NCBI GenBank assembly: GCA_963812155.1
Contig: CAWETW010000004.1
Location: forward strand, 32,001 to 96,000
DNA from: Vulcanimicrobiota bacterium
GTDB lineage: Bacteria > Vulcanimicrobiota > Vulcanimicrobiia > Vulcanimicrobiales > Vulcanimicrobiaceae
Reading direction: 5' to 3'
Length of the DNA: 64,000 nt
The translations under genes and the position numbers were made by a program. The notes beneath the pieces are model-generated. The model was not told where the DNA came from. It saw only the letters and a list, made by a program, of their open reading frames with translations, and did not search any database. Positions 62,977-64,000 of this stretch are shown here, piece after piece (the stretch's first letter is position 1; the number at the start of each line of letters is the position of its first letter).

Positions 62977-63863
62977 GACCGACTCCTCGCATTCTGCGTT
63001 CCGTCATCTTCGGTTACGCCAAGGTCGAGGCGCGGCGGCGTTCCCGCGCCGTAGTCGTAGAAACCCACACCGCTCTTACGGCCGAGCCGTCCTTGCGCAA
63101 CCATGTCGCGCTGCATCTCGGGCGGCGCGAAGCGCTCCTCGTCGGTGCGCTCGTACACCGATTCGCTGGTCGCCAAGTTGACGTCGAGGCCGATGAAATC
63201 CATCAACTCAAACGGTCCCATCCGAAATCCGGCCGAGCGCGCGAGCGCGTCGAGTTCCTCGATCGGCGCGACGCCGCGTTCGAGCGCGCGCATCGACTGC
63301 AGATAATACGGACGCGCGACGCGATTGACGATGAATCCAGGCGTATCGGCGGCGCCGACGGCCGTCTTGCCGATGCGCTCGACAAAGGCGTACGCACGCG
63401 CGAGCGCATCGTCCGAGGTCCGTTCCCCTTCCACGACTTCGACGAGTTTCATCGCTTCGGGCGGATTGAAGAAGTGCAGTCCGGCGACGCGCTCGGGCCC
63501 CTCGACCGCGTCGGCCAACTCGCTGACGGAGAGCGACGACGTATTCGTGGCCACCAGCGCGTCGGGTCCCAGTGCCGCAGCGAGTTTGCCGAAGACGTCG
63601 CGCTTGAGTTCGAGCCGTTCGGGGACCGCTTCGATCGCAACACAGGCGTCGCTGCGGCCGGGAATCGCCGTCAGAAAGGCGATGCGGCCGGCGACCGAGG
63701 CGTCGCCCGCGCGTTCGGCATCGCGCGCGATTCGCGCGCGCGCCCTTTCGCGTGCGCCGGCGTCGGGCTCGACGACTTCGACGCGATACCCACCCTGCGC
63801 CGCGACGAAGGCGATGCCGGCACCCATGGCGCCGCCGCCCGCGACGAGTACGAGGTCGTCCAT
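62973..63863 (-). CDS. paaH: 3-hydroxyacyl-CoA dehydrogenase, N-terminal half (PaaH-like)
   Basis: GGGAMGAGIA, EAVPE, ATNTSSLS, GLHFFNP, DTPGFIVNR and GRLGRKSG motifs. Confidence 0.9.
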   Translation of the reverse strand: MDDLVLVAGGGAMGAGIAFVAAQGGYRVEVVEPDAGARERARARIARDAERAGDASVAGRIAFLTAIPGRSDACVAIEAVPERLELKRDVFGKLAAALGPDALVATNTSSLSVSELADAVEGPERVAGLHFFNPPEAMKLVEVVEGERTSDDALARAYAFVERIGKTAVGAADTPGFIVNRVARPYYLQSMRALERGVAPIEELDALARSAGFRMGPFELMDFIGLDVNLATSESVYERTDEERFAPPEMQRDMVAQGRLGRKSGVGFYDYGAGTPPRLDLGVTEDDGTQNARSRS

Positions 63864-63918
63864 CGGGCGCCCCTTCGCGAGGGAAGGCGCAAAGGCTTCG
63901 TCGGCGATATCTGCCGAC

Positions 63919-64000
63919 ATGGAGAAACCGTCCTGGCGGCGCCGTTCGACCGCGCTCGTCGTGAACTCGCCGCACCTACGCTTGCGCGTCGACGAATTAG
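63919..64000 (+). CDS. Probable NUDIX hydrolase, N-terminus only, truncated by window end
   Basis: MEKPSWRRRSTALVVNSPHLRLRVDEL resembles ADP-ribose pyrophosphatase N-termini; no Nudix box visible in the window. Confidence 0.45.
   Translation, partial: MEKPSWRRRSTALVVNSPHLRLRVDEL

Overview
GC-rich bacterial chromosomal window. It is probably from a diderm, since it encodes a TonB-dependent receptor. The Pro/Ser-rich lipoproteins and tandem phosphoesterases suggest Candidatus Eremiobacterota/Vulcanimicrobiota, but this is inference only. Content is mostly housekeeping and metabolic: a complete 14-gene nuoA-N operon with a Rex/CRP-type palindrome touching the nuoA start, a cobalamin-riboswitch-controlled btuB/btuF/btuCD locus, a cysK-asparaginase II-metH-tauE cluster, an MgtE-N/NRAMP pair, a PucR regulator with a divergent glutamine-synthetase-like gene, and tandem phospholipase C-family lipoproteins. 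It also holds an aromatic-CoA catabolic cluster combining a short BoxB-like diiron epoxidase and a single-domain BoxC-like hydratase with PaaX, PaaH, PaaJ and an aldehyde dehydrogenase. Many genes carry single-base frameshifts in patches, most likely long-read assembly errors. I saw no tRNA, rRNA, CRISPR array or transposase. The most notable observations are (i) the hybrid, minimal box/paa pathway, (ii) a structured AT-rich element with a 13-bp perfect inverted repeat and two tiny ORFs just downstream of cysK, one ending in a CysK-binding-like ...LFQI tail, and (iii) two copies of a REP-like repeat between convergent genes.
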